Of a stretch of DNA of 64,000 bases, positions 10,260-23,741 are shown one piece after another. This DNA is from Sphaerodactylus townsendi. Taxonomy: Eukaryota. Every line of letters begins with the position of its first letter. The stretch's first letter is position 1. A program made the translations under genes and the position numbers. Below the pieces are notes generated by a model that saw only the letters and a program-made list of their open reading frames with translations, was not told the origin of the DNA and made no database searches. The stretch is from assembly GCF_021028975.2 (NCBI RefSeq), contig NC_059426.1, positions 31,124,001 through 31,188,000 of the forward strand, read 5' to 3'.

Positions 10260-12447
10260 GTGGGCAAGAAAAAGAATGCAAAAGAAGCTCTTGCCAGAGA
10301 TGTGTCTAGTCCATGGTTGAATTTTTCTGCTAAACTGAGGGGAGGGGGGAATCTCCTGAATTTTGTTGATATCATTATAATCATTGGGCCTAAACGTGAG
10401 GGAGCTTTCACCAATTCTTCCATTTTGTTGAAAGCCCTCTTTTTTCCCCTCAGTCTGCTCCTGAAGATTTCCATCCATCTCATAGAATCAGTATTTCTGA
10501 GACCTCTGTGGGCTGCAGGAGGGGATCAACTTTTAGACCCAACCTCTTATGCCATATTCATTGTAACGAGCTGTAACAGTTCTACAGCAGTGAAATTACT
10601 ATAGTAGTATCGTCAAGGAGAATCGGTAGCCATTGCTTTTGAATTCTTACATTACAATTTTTGTTACATGTAAGTTTATATTCCAATACAGCAGGAGTTG
10701 TACCTCCTGTTATACACTAACAACATATTATAACAAAAAGTCAAAGGGTCTGTGAGGGTTGCCCCTTGCCTAGCCTGGTGCTGCTGGGTGTGTTGTCCTT
10801 CCTTCCCTTCACCTGGGTGATCTGTGTCTCATTCTGACTCCGTTGGTCTACATTGGGAGCAGGTTGTTCCATCTTGCTAATACTCCTGGGCCTCCTGGCT
10901 GTCTTCCATTGGTGGAGTTGGTTCAGGGTGGCCTGCCAGTGGGTGATCACTAAGGCCTGAACGAAGCTAGGGTTAAAGCCGCTTGGGACTGATGAGCAGG
11001 TTGTCTGGCCCAACTTGTGAGGCCTCTCTCTGGCTCTCTTCCTTCTTCTCTGCCACACTTTCTGTTCCTCTAACTTCTTATCCCCATCGTTCCACTCTGC
11101 TTGTGCCAGGAGGTCTCCCTGCCTCCCTCCTCCTTTTGTTATTTCTCCCCTCTCAGTCCTCCAAAGACCCTCCCCTGCTTCCTGATTAGGCCGCTGGCTG
11201 TCTTTCTGGCCCATCATGCTTGTGACCCTGCCCCTTCTTTTAGACCTGGAGTGCGTGGGGCCAGCTTCCTCCTCTCCCAGTCACACCAGAGTGGACATCC
11301 CAGGGTCAGCCAGGTGCAACCTGGGTCCTTGATGCAAAGGCCCGGGATACCTGAACCTCTGCTGCTTGTCACTACCAGCTGTTGCCGCTGCCCATTTTGC
11401 TTCTAACTCCTGCAGGGCAAGCCAGCATTAGAGGTCTTCTCTGGCCCACTGTTCTCCCCTGCACCCTTCCTGACACTGTTGGTGGGTCCCGAGGGACGGC
11501 CGGGTGTCAGGTGGTTGCGGCAGCTGGCCCTGGCAACGTGGGAAAATGTGGGCCAGCAGCTGTTGCTGACTCTGGGCAGGGGCCATTGATGAAAAAAGGA
11601 GATATTCACAAGGTTCAGGCTCACCTGTTTCAAATGCTCTTATCAGTTATGGCTTGGGAGTCCTGATATTGATCAGAGTTGCCAATTCGACTGCTTAACA
11701 GAGTAAACCTAAGCAAGCCTGTTTGGAGCAAAGTCCCATTTTATTCAGTGGGGCTTACTCCCATGAAAGGGGCTTCAATATTGCAGCCTTAATCCAGTTG
11801 ACTTGATTGCAATTCTGGCATCCAGTTAAGTATTTATATAATGCAAGTCGGTGGCAAACATAAGTATTACATGCTGATGCTGACATTTCTCATTGCAACG
11901 TACTGTAATTATCATTTGTGATTTTGAAAGAATCCCCTTGAAAAATTCAGACACTAATCTTTGCAGATGATGTTTTATTTTGCTTGCCAGGAGAGACTTC
12001 AAAACTCATGTTACCCACATTTCCCTTTCCATCACAGGGATATTGAGAATTCTTTACCACTATTTGGCAGAGTTAATATTACAAATTGCTTGGTTGACAG
12101 ATAAGTTATAATCCCCAAATTGCAACTTTTTTCTCATGTTACCTTTGCCATTGTTTCATAATGCAATCCTGTGGTATTTTTATGCTTCTCTGCTTTCATT
12201 GCAAACTTTGTGAAAACTTTTTAAAGCATCGGTACTGTTGGGCTATATGTATGTTTGGGCTCCTTACACACAGGGTGCTTTTGAAAATTTGGGCATTGAT
12301 GTATAGCTGAAATCTTTGGGCATTCATGTATAGCTGAAATCTTTAAGACAGTATTGTAAGGGTTGCCTTAGCACTTTCAATATAGTCTGTCCTGGAAGTA
12401 ATTCCTGGTTGCTTTGGTGTTAGCAAATCAAAAATTGAAGAACCACA

Positions 12448-12582
12448 TAGGGGTCTGCAACCTGTGATTCTCCAGATGTTCATGGACAACAATTCCCATC
12501 AGCCCCTGCCACAGCCAATTGGCCATGGTGGCAAGGGCCGATGGGAATTGTAGTCCATGAACATTTGGAGAGCTGCAGGTTG
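12448..12582. mobile_element. Palindromic hAT MITE (CAGGGGT...ggccaattggcc family)
   Basis: Hairpin centred on gccaattggc; homologous to the copies at 23742, 45612 and 49695. Confidence 0.75.
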
Positions 12583-13230
12583 AACGCACTTAATGGAGTT
12601 GGGATTTCCTGTGATCAAGATACATGTGGTTCTAGGAATTTGTGATCAGATGTCCTGGATGTATATGTTAGCTACAAAAAGCATGGTGGTGGCTTGATAG
12701 TTTGCAGCACTTGAAAAGGTTGTGTGTGTGTGTTTGGGAGGCAGCTTTTCTCCTGTGCCATTTTCCTGTTCAGAGGTCCCTGTGTGTTCCCTCTGAGCCC
12801 TTCTGTGCTGATTTAAGCCCAAGGAATAATAATTTAAAAAAAGACAAGACACCATACAGTGCCAAAGGTGTCTGTTTAGGGAAATGGGGTAGGTGTGGGG
12901 TTATGAATTCAACACCAGCACTCAATATCAAGTGCCGTAGCCCTCATCGTGATCAGCTGCCTTTGCCCCCAAAGTTACTTTTTGCCTCTGAAATAGTCCT
13001 GGGGATCCAATCAAGGATCTCTAACATCCCATGTATGCTCAGTCTTTCAGTACAGTCTTGGACACTGAACATTTCAACTGGACTGTTCTAGAGTAAGCAT
13101 GCAAATCAGTTTCCATGCGCGTAATGCAGATATTTTAGTATCTCTTTCAGGAATTCACCAACTGTAGACTTTTGTTAATCATAGAAATGTGTGAGTGTAA
13201 AATTCTGGTGTTTATGGTGCTTTTTTACAG

Positions 13231-13397
13231 TTGAGGAGCCGTTCTTGATAGCCGTAAGAGATACCATAATTTACGGCATTTCTCTGAATCCTGGAGAGAA
13301 AACCAACGATGCTATGGTTCCTATCGCAGGAGTGCAGAATGGCGTGGATGCTGATTTCGATGACACGGAGCAGATGATTTACTGGGTTGAAAGTCCA
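13231..13397 (+). CDS. LRP2: LRP2 exon (167 nt) EEPFLIAVR...IYWVESP
   Basis: tttttacag| and |gtgagt, phase 1-0. Confidence 0.95.
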
Positions 13398-13945
13398 GTG
13401 AGTAACGCAGTCGATTCATGTAGTAATAACTCTGCTTTCTAAAATTGGTATAAGAAATGGGAACTATAAACAGTACCCGGGCATGCTAATCTCAGCACTG
13501 GTACAGTGTGATACGGCTCGTGTCAGCATTGTTCTTGATGTGGGGAATGTAATCCTATTATGAAATGCTAATTTCTCGCTTAGTTTCATAACTGCTCACT
13601 TGCAAGTGGTGCCAAATGTTAGGCTTATATTTTAAAAAAATAATAATTTCACTTATTAACTTCATTCACAAATCACCGTTCAGCTCAGAGCACTCAGGGT
13701 AGTGAACGGTAGAAATCAGTTTAAAAGAATGTTGAATTGAAACAATTAATGATGCTTAAAAAATGTCAGTCATCACACCTGTTTGCTTCACTGGCTGCAT
13801 GTCTGAGGGAATAAAAAAAAGACCCGAGTCTTGTTGGTTTTAGTGATCTGCTGGTCATGTGTGGTGGCGTGATATGCTGAGAATTCTGGTTGCATGAATT
13901 TCACTATAGTCGTAAGCTTATTAGCTTTCCTTAGGATAGCCTTGA

Positions 13946-14405
13946 TATTTTATTTATTTATTTATTTATTTATTTTATTGGTTGGGTTTATATACCGCCC
14001 TCCCCCGGAGGGCTCAGGGCGGTGAACCAAATATGAAATAGAGCTCATACATCAGATTAAAATTCAATAAATATCAGTTAATAGGCTCTAATAAAATAAA
14101 CCCCATCCCATTAAAATGCAGCATTATTAAGATCAACATAAAAGATGGCAACTGCTAACCATTCCCTTAAAAACCGGAAGGAAGGGGCGGCAGGCTCCGC
14201 TTGATGTTATAGGGAGCTTGATGTTATTGAGAGGAGGGGGGGGGCATCAGCGGCTGGTCTCCCCAAAGTCCCGGCGGAACAGCTCGGTCTTACAGGCCCT
14301 GCGGAACTCACTAAGGTCCCGCAGGGCCCGGACAGCTGATGGAAGAGCGTTCCGCCAGGCCGGGGCCAGAGCTGTAAAGGCTCTGGCCCGGGTGGAGGCC
14401 AGCCT
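13946..14405 (-). mobile_element. L2-like LINE 3' fragment with ORF2 C-terminus
   Basis: Minus-strand ORF RARAFTALAPAWRNALP...FRRACKTELFRRDF, plus a (TTTA)n tail. Confidence 0.85.
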
Positions 14406-15366
14406 AGCTAGGCCTGAGCATGTTCTCAACACAAGTGCAGTACTTTCCGGCTGTGCTGCCTTGAATGAGGGTTGCCAGCCTACAAGTGAGGCCTGAAGAT
14501 CTCAGTATACAAGATAAGCCAGAAACAGTATAAATATGACCAAAAAAACCCCACCTCTGTCTGGCTCAAAAAACATCGTTAAAACGAACCCTTCAATAGA
14601 ATTAATTAAAAAGTCTGTATCAAAAGACCAACAATAAAGAAAAACAGAAAACATGGATAACGTATAACAAACAGAAAGGGGATCCCAAAATATACACTTA
14701 GAACTGAAAGTCTCTGTATAAATGATATCCCTTCAGTGAAAATCCAAACACAAGCAAGAAGGATTCCAATTGCTTGATGTTCAGCTGGATTCCACTTCAG
14801 GCGATAGGCCTCACACAAGCTTCAGTTAGTAGAAATATCAAGTGGTGGTGGTGGTAATGTTGACCCGGGTGAGTTCAACACTTTCAACCTGGGTCTCCTT
14901 CAGCCACAACAATGCAGTTCTGCAGAGACCACATTAAAATGACAGTAGAAAAACATAATGCTTAAAGCAACCTAAATAATCTAAATAATCAATAACCATA
15001 CAGATGGTTCATACTTACAAATGCAGAGAATGACAAGGCATCTAGCCCAAAAGTGAGACTTCAATTGAGTAACAGGCCATATGCACATAAGCGAAATGGA
15101 TGAGGCATTGTCAAGCAAGAAATAGCCAAGCCTTCTATCTCACACTGTTTGCAGCTGTTGCAGCCTGAGATAGACAGAACTTAAAGAATTATAACCTGAG
15201 GCATGTCCCCCTCCCCACCAAACCCTGCCCTTTTCATGCTCCACCCCAAATGAAATTTCTCAACCTGGAGTTGGCGACCCTGTGCATTATTGATTCAAGC
15301 AGTGTTGACGATGGCATACGCTGGTAGCATTGGGAGAGTGCTGCTGACAGTAAAGCTTTGGCTACT

Positions 15367-15480
15367 TATTTGATTTGATTTGATTTTTAATTTGTATACT
15401 GCCCTCCCCCGAAGGGCTCAGGGTGGTGCACATCATAATACATCAACAATACATGGTAGTACAACAAAAGTAAGCAATAA
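15367..15480 (-). mobile_element. L2-like LINE 3' end
   Basis: (TTTGA)n tail with gccctcccccgaagggctcagggtgg. Confidence 0.6.
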
Positions 15481-16639
15481 TAATATCAATTGCACAGGCC
15501 CCACATAAAACAACAATTCAGTAAGGACTTAATCATTATACATCAGGTTAACAAACCAATAACAGTTAATAGTTAATAATGAGCATTGACATAATATTTC
15601 ATACAACAGCATAGTAATAACATAGGACAAGCAGAATACCATAATAGTCCAAATATTACAAACAACATAACAATAATATAACAGCAATATTAGGATAATG
15701 TCCTATTAATATTAATGTCCTAACAACAGTAACCTAAATCCACAATAACAGCATTCCCTAAAAATAAAGCAAATCACCCAAAATTTAACAAGCTCATCTC
15801 TAACCTGACATAATATACACAAATAGATGGCGACTTCCCAATAATAGCATACTCCTACAGCCCATGACAAGGAAAAGGAAGAGCAATCCGAAGAGTGTCA
15901 CAACCTCCTTAAGTGGAACCTCAGCCTGTGGGTTCTGTGGGGCAGAACGAGGAACGAGTCGTTCAAAGAGAATGCAACATTTCCCTTTTTTACTTTTCAT
16001 TTAACAGCACATCGTGTAGGAACATAGAACTTAGTAACATAATAGAACCATGATCTTTTAAGGGTTAACCATGAACATTTTTCCTTTTCACAGCATGCCC
16101 ACCCTAAAGTCCGTTTCTTTCCTCTTGTTGGTGGCCCAGGAATTCTCCAGCTGAACACTCTTTGCACTGGCTTCGAAGAGGAGGGTCCCAAGAGAACTCC
16201 ACACAAAACACAATAGATTCTGAAATTTAAAATTTAGAACAAAAGTCTCCCTCCGTTACCAGTTCCCGTACACGCATTATAGTTACCTCAAACAAGGTGT
16301 TAAGAGCCTGTAATTAAGTTTCAGATTCCCCGCTGGGCAGACTTGCTTTCCTCTTCTGCTTTCCACACCTCCTGCACCCTGGTGCATCTAGAGGCCCCAC
16401 CTTTTCCTGTCTCATATCTAGGGGTTACACGAGCAACATTGGTTGTGTGGAAAGTCAGTGTTGATTACCAACTTGTTTGCCTGTGAAAGAGGGTTGATAG
16501 TAATGTTGCCTGGTAATTTGAACTTTTTATTCTGTACCTCCATTTGGAATTGGGGCTTTTAGTTCTGTTTATTGCACTGTTTTTGCAATTGCACTTCATG
16601 CCTTTGCCTTCAATTTTTCTTTTGCGTTTGCAAAGGCCT

Positions 16640-17143
16640 AGATTTGGGACTCTTCAGTTTGGAGAGGAGACGTCTGAGGGGGGATATGATTGAAGTCTAT
16701 AAAATTATGCATGGGGTAGAAAATGTTGACAGAGAGAAATTTTTCTCTCTTTCTCACAATACTAGAACCAGGGGGCATTCATTGAAAATGCTGGGGGGAA
16801 GAATTAGGACTAATAAAAGGAAACATTTCTTCATGCAACGCGTGATTGGTGTTTGGAATATGCTGCCACAGGAGGTGGTGATGGCCACTAACCTGGATAG
16901 CTTTAAAAGGGGCTTGGACAGATTTATGGAGGAGAAGTCGATGTATGGCTACCAATCTTGATCCTCCTTGATCTGAGATTGCAAATGCCTTAACAGGTGC
17001 TCAGGAGCAGCAGCAGCAGGCCATTTTCTTTCACATCCTGCATGTGAGCTCTCAAAGGTATCTGGTGGGCCACTGCGAGCAGCAGAGCGTTGGACTAGAT
17101 GGACTCTGGTCTGGTTCAGCAGGCTCTTTCTTATGTTCTTATG
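16640..17143 (+). mobile_element. CR1 LINE 3' fragment (ORF2 C-terminus and 3' UTR)
   Basis: LGLFSLERRRLRGDMIEVYKIM...TRGHSLK...WNMLP...FKRGLDRFM, ending in ttcttatgttcttatg. Confidence 0.92.
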
Positions 17144-17572
17144 ATAATTGATTATATCTTGATGAGAGCATCCCTTAGTAGCCATTTGCTGTAAGAAAGC
17201 CATGCAAGTTTTCCTTGTTTGAGCTCATATAATGGCATTTGTCTAAAGAGAAGAAGTCTATAATATAATGGAGTGGAGGCTGCTGTTATAAAGGAAACAG
17301 AACTGTAGTCTGTTCCACTGTTTATTGCATGTATTAGCTTGCACTTACTGCATTGTTAATCTGTTACATATCCATTTTTGCATTGTTTCTGACATATCAT
17401 TTTTTGCATAGTTTCTAACTTTTGCGATCCTAATCCTATTACATTGTCCTATTCATTGCATAGTCCTATGGTAATGCTGTTTGATCGCATCATCTTACAC
17501 TGCTTTGAGTCTCAGTAAGAATGGCAGGCTACGAATGAAGTAAGTAAATAAATACTTTTTTTCTCCACTAAG

Positions 17573-17716
17573 GGTGAAATTCATAGAGTGAAGTCTGATG
17601 GAACGAACAGGACTGTATTTGCCCCGGCAGCTATTATTGGATCACCTTTTGGCCTAGCTTTAGATTGGATATCTGGAAACCTGTACTATAGTAACCCTGC
17701 CACGCAATCCATTGAG
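17573..17716 (+). CDS. LRP2: LRP2 exon (144 nt) GEIHRVKSDG...TQSIE
   Basis: ctaag| and |gtaagc, phase 0-0. Confidence 0.95.
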
Positions 17717-17857
17717 GTAAGCACCATATCTTCACAATTATTAAACTATATTATTGCAATCCAGTTGATAGAATTCATTCATACCTATAGTGTATAGTCA
17801 GTCTAGATTGCACGATGAAGCTCATGTAGGTTTGTATTTTGTTTGCATCAGCTAGAC

Positions 17858-17990
17858 CATAGGTGTCAAACTCGCGGCCCTCCAGATGTTATGGACTACA
17901 GTTCCCATCATCCCCTGCCAGCATCATGCTGGAAGGGGATGATGGGAACTAGTCCATAACATCTGGAGGGCCACGAGTTTGACACCTGTG
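17858..17990. mobile_element. Palindromic hAT MITE
   Basis: TIR CA(T/C)AGGTGTCAAACTC and a perfect 8-bp TSD AGCTAGAC. Confidence 0.92.
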
Positions 17991-18077
17991 AGCTAGACTT
18001 TACATCGGTTCCTGTTGTCTGATACTATGTTTGTTGCTTGATGGAACAAAATCACCCGACTTGGATCTGTTTTGCAG

Positions 18078-18187
18078 GTACTGAAACTTCACAGTGAAGT
18101 AGTCTACCGAAAGACACTAATTACCAATGACGGTACCTCAGCAGGCTCCGGGATGCCAACTGGTTTGACTGTCGATCCAGTCAGAGG
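18078..18187 (+). CDS. LRP2: LRP2 exon (110 nt) [15 protein letters not shown]...VDPVR
   Basis: ttttgcag| and GG|gtgagt, phase 0-2; translated by hand. Confidence 0.93.
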
Positions 18188-18516
18188 GTGAGTTCAAAGA
18201 GCTGCTTTTGGCTTTAGTCTGGTTTTATTTTTATGCCTCTGTAATCCTAAACTGATTCTATGGAATTCAGTTTGGTTGGTCTCAGTGAAACTTCTTTCTA
18301 AGTGGGAAGGCTTTGGGTTACTACTAAAGAGCGCTCGTTGCTTTGATTCTGTTCTGTCTTTCATTGTGACGGCTTCAGGGTAGGCTACATTACTCTGTGT
18401 CACAGTTTATTAAAATTGGACTGGATCTAAACCATGGGGCTGGCTGGCTCCAAAGATGCAACTCATTATGTTACTTGTTAGCTTTAAATGATTCTTGAGT
18501 TGTAATAGTTTAAATG

Positions 18517-19245
18517 AGAGCCGGCATGATGTATCGTTTAAGAGTGGCAGACTCTAATCAGGAGAACTGGGTTCAAGTCCCCGCTCTTCCACATGGAGCC
18601 TGCTGGGTGACCATGGGCCAGTCACAGTCCTCTCTGAACACCCTCAGCCAGAGGTGGGATCCAGCAGGTTCTCACCAGTTCCCGAGAGTGGGTTACTAAT
18701 TATTTGTGTGTGCCGAGAAGTGGTTACTAATTGGGTCTGCTTTTCCGTTAGAAATTCCATTAGGTCCAAAAAATCATGAAGTCCTGTTGTTTCCTATGTG
18801 GCTGGTTAGCGAAGGTAGAAAACGGGATAATTCTCCATGTTGGGCTGGAGAAGTAGTTGTTTCTGTTGGCAGTAGACGATAGGACTTGCTATAATAAGTT
18901 TAAATTATGGACAGAAAGATACCAGCTGGAAATCAGGAACTTTTTTTTTTACAGTAGGAGTTTTTTACAGTAACAGAGAAATTATTAACGCCCCGCCCCC
19001 GGAATGCCCGGCCACGCCTCCGTCATGCCCCGCCCAGCCCCATTGGCGCTACGCCACTGTTTGAATCCCACCACCATGGGAACCTGTTACTAAAATTTTT
19101 GGATCCCACCACTGTCCTCAGCCCACACAGAGGCAGGCAATGGCAGACCACCTCCGAACTTCTCTTGCCTCGAAAACCCTACAAAGCTGCCATAAGCCAG
19201 TTATGACTAGATGGGGTGCACGTGCAGACACACACACACACACAC
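18517..19245 (+). mobile_element. tRNA-headed SINE with RTE-type tail and (CA)n end, interrupted by a hAT element
   Basis: Head gtttaagagtggcagactctaatcaggagaactgggttcaa; resumes after 19114 with ggcagaccacctcc...gccataagcc. Confidence 0.65.
18649..19114. mobile_element. Non-autonomous hAT element (TIR CAG(A/T)GGTGGGATCC)
   Basis: TIRs and TSD CCCTCAGC/TCCTCAGC; same TIR family as 595-722 and 40530-40601. Confidence 0.88.
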
Positions 19246-21001
19246 GCAAGTTTAAATATGTCATGCGGTAGAAAATGAACAAGGATTGGATTATACCAGG
19301 CACATGAAGGAGAGGGTCCATTTTGTTCCCACCCTCGAAAACCTACCCCAGGAATTAGGGAACTCATGTTGACACATGGAGCAGAGCTGAAATGAAGATA
19401 GCAGTTTGGCAAAGTGATAACCAGTTTTTTGAACTCGCTGGTAGGATCTAATCTTAAGTGTGTCAATTTCAAAATGGGGCAACTGAAGAGTTTATGGAGG
19501 GAGCACTTCCATTCAAGGAAAATGGATTTGCTTCAGAAAATCAGAGTATGCTTTACTAAATGTGCTCCTCGTTCTAAAGGTGCTGCTGGCACGTGCACAC
19601 ATCTCGTTTTAGTTCCAGGCTGGTGACACCCTCTATTCTTGATACTAAATAGCTTCTTGTTTGGCCAGGCATGGCGAGTGAAAGTTCTCAAGCCAGGAAA
19701 TGGGGGGGGGGGGGCTGCATTTCACCCCCCACCCCTTTTTAAGACTACTAGTACTTAAATTAATGGATAAGCCTACTTGTAGTGATTTCTGTTTACTGGA
19801 AACTTTAAAAAACTTTCTATTGTGCTTTCACAATACGAACAAGTTAAAACAATAATATGCAAATATGTATACCTATATATAAAATGAAACTTCTAAACGG
19901 TAGCTGAACTTCTGAAAAGTAGCTGAATCTTTTTGAAGGCTCATTATCCAACTGGTGAAGGAAGACTTGTCAAACAAGGAGGCTTTCAGGTAGATCAAAA
20001 GAATGTGATTTTATTGGAGACTGTACGAATCAGACTTCCTTTCTTCAGGTCACTGGTTTTACCAGAGTCTGATTTGAGCTATTTGGAGAGACAGTATATG
20101 AATGTGCTAAGCTCTGGAAGATGACAGTGAGATCATAAATTGGCATTCCTGTGTAGCCAAGTTTAGAAGCTTAGTGCAACTCCATTTTAAACAGCTTCTC
20201 TTCCAAATGGGTACACTAACAGTAGCAGAGAGGCTGAAAAGTGCTTTAAGTGGCTTGTGTGAATTTGATCTTGGCTTTTTTGTTATGCTGCTGTCTAGGT
20301 TTAGAGATACTGGGGAACTAGTGCGTGTTAGTTAGGATTTGGGTGCATTTCTGAAACTACCCAGATAGTACCAGGGAGTGAAATTTTGTGTAGATTATTT
20401 AGGGTAACTGTAAAAATATCCTGCTGTACCATTTGGCTCAGGTTTAATTATTTGTTCAGTAATTTCTTTTGCATTTTCCTGAAACATGTTTTTCAGAATA
20501 TATTAGACATTCCACATGGCTACCACCAATGATGTAATGTGACAAAGATGGAGTGGGAAGTCACTCTTTGTAGCTTTCTCGACATAAACTGAAGTTACAT
20601 AATACACAGCTGTTGGGTGAACTAGTAACTTGTGGATTTGCTTGCGAACCTTTCTTAAGGTGTTGGGAGGTTCATGGAAATTCTTGCCTCACCGTAGGAG
20701 TTTGGGTTAGACAAAATGAAGCTGAATTTCGAATAGCCCTATGGTTATTTGCACTTTCCCCTGAAGTGGGGAGTGATTTTCATGTCAGTTTGCTTTAGTA
20801 ACAATTGCAAGGCTTTACTGTCAAATCCAGCAACACAAACACTCCTTTTTTTGAGAGCCAGTGTGGCTATAGGTTGAAATCCTGGTTTGGAAGATCCTCT
20901 CTGCTGCACAGGTTGCTTCAAGGATATTGTGAGGAAAAAGGGACCCCTCCTTGCCATCCTGAATGCCTTGGTGGGATAAAAATGTAACGGGTAGACTCTT
21001 A

Positions 21002-21152
21002 GGCCCCTTCCGCACACGCAGAATAATGCACATTCAGTCCACTTTCACAGTTGTTTGCAAGTGGATTTTGCTATTCTGTACAGTGAAATGCAGCTTCAAG
21101 GTGCATTGAAAGTGGATTGAAAGTGCATTATTCTGCATGTGCGGAAGGGGCC
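21002..21152. mobile_element. 151-bp Harbinger-like MITE copy
   Basis: GGCCCCTTCCGCAC...GTGCGGAAGGGGCC. Confidence 0.85.
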
Positions 21153-21231
21153 TACTACTTGGCCAACTGAGATCCCTCAAACACGTTACTCCTGTCAACT
21201 TTTGTGATAGTTGTGATAACGTTTATTTCAG

Positions 21232-21409
21232 GAAACTGTATTGGACGGATCAAGGAACTCACACTGGGATCCCAGCAAAGATTGCTGGTGCAAACATGGA
21301 TGGCTCAGATATCAGAACCCTCTTCACTGGCAACCTTGACCATGTTGAGTTTATCACCCTTGATATCAAGGAACAAAAGCTCTACTGGCCTGTCACAAGC
21401 ACTGGGGTG
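21232..21409 (+). CDS. LRP2: LRP2 exon (178 nt) KLYWTDQG...VTSTGV
   Basis: tttcag| and |gtacgt, phase 2-0. Confidence 0.95.
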
Positions 21410-22741
21410 GTACGTATGCACATGTGGATGCATTGTTGTGGGTCCTAATTTTTGTGTTGTTGTTCTAACAAAAAGAGCTTTTAAAAATAGTACTGACGTG
21501 ATTGACGTTCCAGAGAAAGTGAAAGACACCATAGGGTCTCATTTATGTTGCAACTGGAATAAATTCCGCTTACCAAGTTTTTAGAGGATGATTTTTCAAA
21601 GTCAAAAGGAATGCTCATGTGTATGTTTCTACTCACCTGTAGAGGGGCTTTCCATCTGTGCTTACAAACAGAAGGATCCCTGGTGCAACATTTTCCTTAT
21701 TGTGATTTTGCTAAGGGCATTGTGGGCCAGTGGTGGGTAAGGCTCCAACCAGGCTTGGGGATATTCATGAATGAAGAAAGGTATACTTTATACTATATTG
21801 CTATATGTACATGTGTACTTTCCCCAGCCAAACAAGTTGCAGCTCAGGAGGGTGCATGAGATTGTGAGAATGGTTATCCTGTTATTTATTCATAAACATT
21901 ACGTTACAGTCTTTTACTTTAAAAACACTTAGGGTGACCTACAAAACAAAAGTAATACAGTCATGTAGGATCGCCCAGATACTAGTCGATTAACCCTTAA
22001 ATGAACAAAACAATAAATGCAAAATAACAGAATAAGCAAAACAAATAGTAAGCATTCATCAAAATAAATCACTAGGCCTATACCACGTCACTGTTTTGCT
22101 TTTGGAGTAGTCCAGTACTATTCTGCATTGTTTAACATGTGTCTAATACTTACGCTTTCTTAAACACTGCTGTAATCGTAGCCTTATTGCTTGGCTTCTT
22201 AGATGTCTCATCCTATTGATTGTATTGACTCACACTGTATAATCTGTCTTGAGTCTCAATGAGAAAGGTGGATTGTAAATAAATAAAAATGCAGATCTAA
22301 ATTAAGATCTTGGAAGCACCCATAATACAAAAATGAAATCAACAGCATCAGTGGACTAAAAGCTAGAAAATCTTAAAAAGATAACATGGAAGCAAAACTG
22401 TTGGCTTTAGGAAGATATTTTATTTAGTCCCCTCCCAATTTATCCTTTTTAAAAGTTTGGCTACAATCCTGGAAAGTAATTTCCACTTTCCTAGGAGCAA
22501 ATATCATTGACGAAAGTTAGGCTTACTTCTGAGTAAATTTGCTTAGGGATTCTTCCATGAATTTCATGTCATGTCTAGTTGGGTCCTAATGTTAGCTTTT
22601 ATTTGGGATTATGTGAGGTGATATGGAGTTGATCTAAAGTTAAAAGGAAAAACTGAGGGGTTTAGTTTCAAAAACCAGGTGTTCTCTTGCATGTGGATAG
22701 CTGAATTGAATCTGTGATATTTAATATCTTTTATCTTCCAG

Positions 22742-22955
22742 ATTGAAAGAGGGAATGTGGATGGCACAAATAGGATGACCTTGGTTTCTCACCTCTCTCA
22801 CCCCTGGGGTGTGGCTGTCTATGGTTCTTTTCTGTATTACACTGATCGTGATTATGAAGTCATTGAGCGGGTTGACAAGTCTACCGGAGCAAATAAAGTG
22901 GTGCTGAGAGACAATGTTTCAAGACTGAAATGCCTCCGCGTTTATTATCGTGACA
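22742..22955 (+). CDS. LRP2: LRP2 exon (214 nt) IERGNVDG...RVYYRD
   Basis: cttccag| and A|gtgagt, phase 0-1. Confidence 0.95.
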
Positions 22956-23114
22956 GTGAGTATTTGATGTAGCTTGTGAAAGCTCAGGGCAAAGAGAAAG
23001 AATTAAAATCCCCCCTTCCCCGCATGGGGCCGCCTCTTAAATTTATTCAGGAAGACCCCAGATCTTAAAGCTGGCAACTTGCTTATTAATTTATTCTGGA
23101 AAGTATAAATAAAT

Positions 23115-23382
23115 AACTGGTTGTGGTGGGTTTTCTGAGCTGTGTGGCCGTGGTCTGGTAGATCTTGTTCCTAACATTTCGCTTGCATCTATGACTGGCA
23201 TCTTCAGAGGTGTATCACAGAGGGAAGTCTGTTACAGACTTCCCTCTGTGATACACCTTTGAAGATGCCATCCACAGATGCAAGTGAAACCTTAGGAACA
23301 AGGTCTAGCAGACCACGGCCACACAGCTCAGAAAACCCACCACAACCAGTTGAATCCGGCCATGAAAACCTTTGACAATACA
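23115..23382. mobile_element. Penelope-like element terminal fragment forming an inverted repeat
   Basis: Palindrome 23115-23351 plus a ccggccatgaaaacctttgacaata tail; contains CTGAAGA..GAAA hammerhead-type motifs. Confidence 0.8.
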
Positions 23383-23741
23383 TACGTAAATAAGTTGCCA
23401 CTTTTAAGATCTGTGTATATTTTATACACTCTGTATAACTGTACCTCTGTCCCAAGTCATTCGTTACCAGCTAGAAAATTCAAACACATTATTCGGTATT
23501 CATTAATTCAAACAATTTTTATATACACAACATTTCTTTATCACTATGGAAAATTGCCAATACTGTATATCAGAAACCTACACTTGTGTTTCGCTGGTTG
23601 CTAACAGCTGAGATATTTATATTGTTAGATGTCTACACTGTGTTTTTTTCACCAGTGACGGAGGACCTAAAACTTCTAACATTGTTCATCCCTTCTGCAT
23701 TGTATCATCACAACACCCTTGTGAGATTGGTTAAGCTAAAG

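Noticed and set aside
10741-11666. 158-aa minus-strand ORF and neighbours as a nested gene or solo LTR
   Set aside because: Low-complexity translation with no domain. I could not establish TG..CA ends with a TSD, so it is left unclassified.
12288-12344. Short tandem duplications (27 bp here, 19 bp near 6788-6826)
   Set aside because: Ordinary slippage duplications with no further structure.
14865-14910. Additional hammerhead-like motif on the minus strand (CTGAAGGAG..GAAA), and a decayed one near 45950-45985
   Set aside because: The core or stems are too degenerate to call. They may be relics of other Penelope-like families and were excluded from the strand count.
16572-16961. 129-aa ORF as a host gene
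   Set aside because: It is the C-terminus of CR1 ORF2 from a 5'-truncated insertion.
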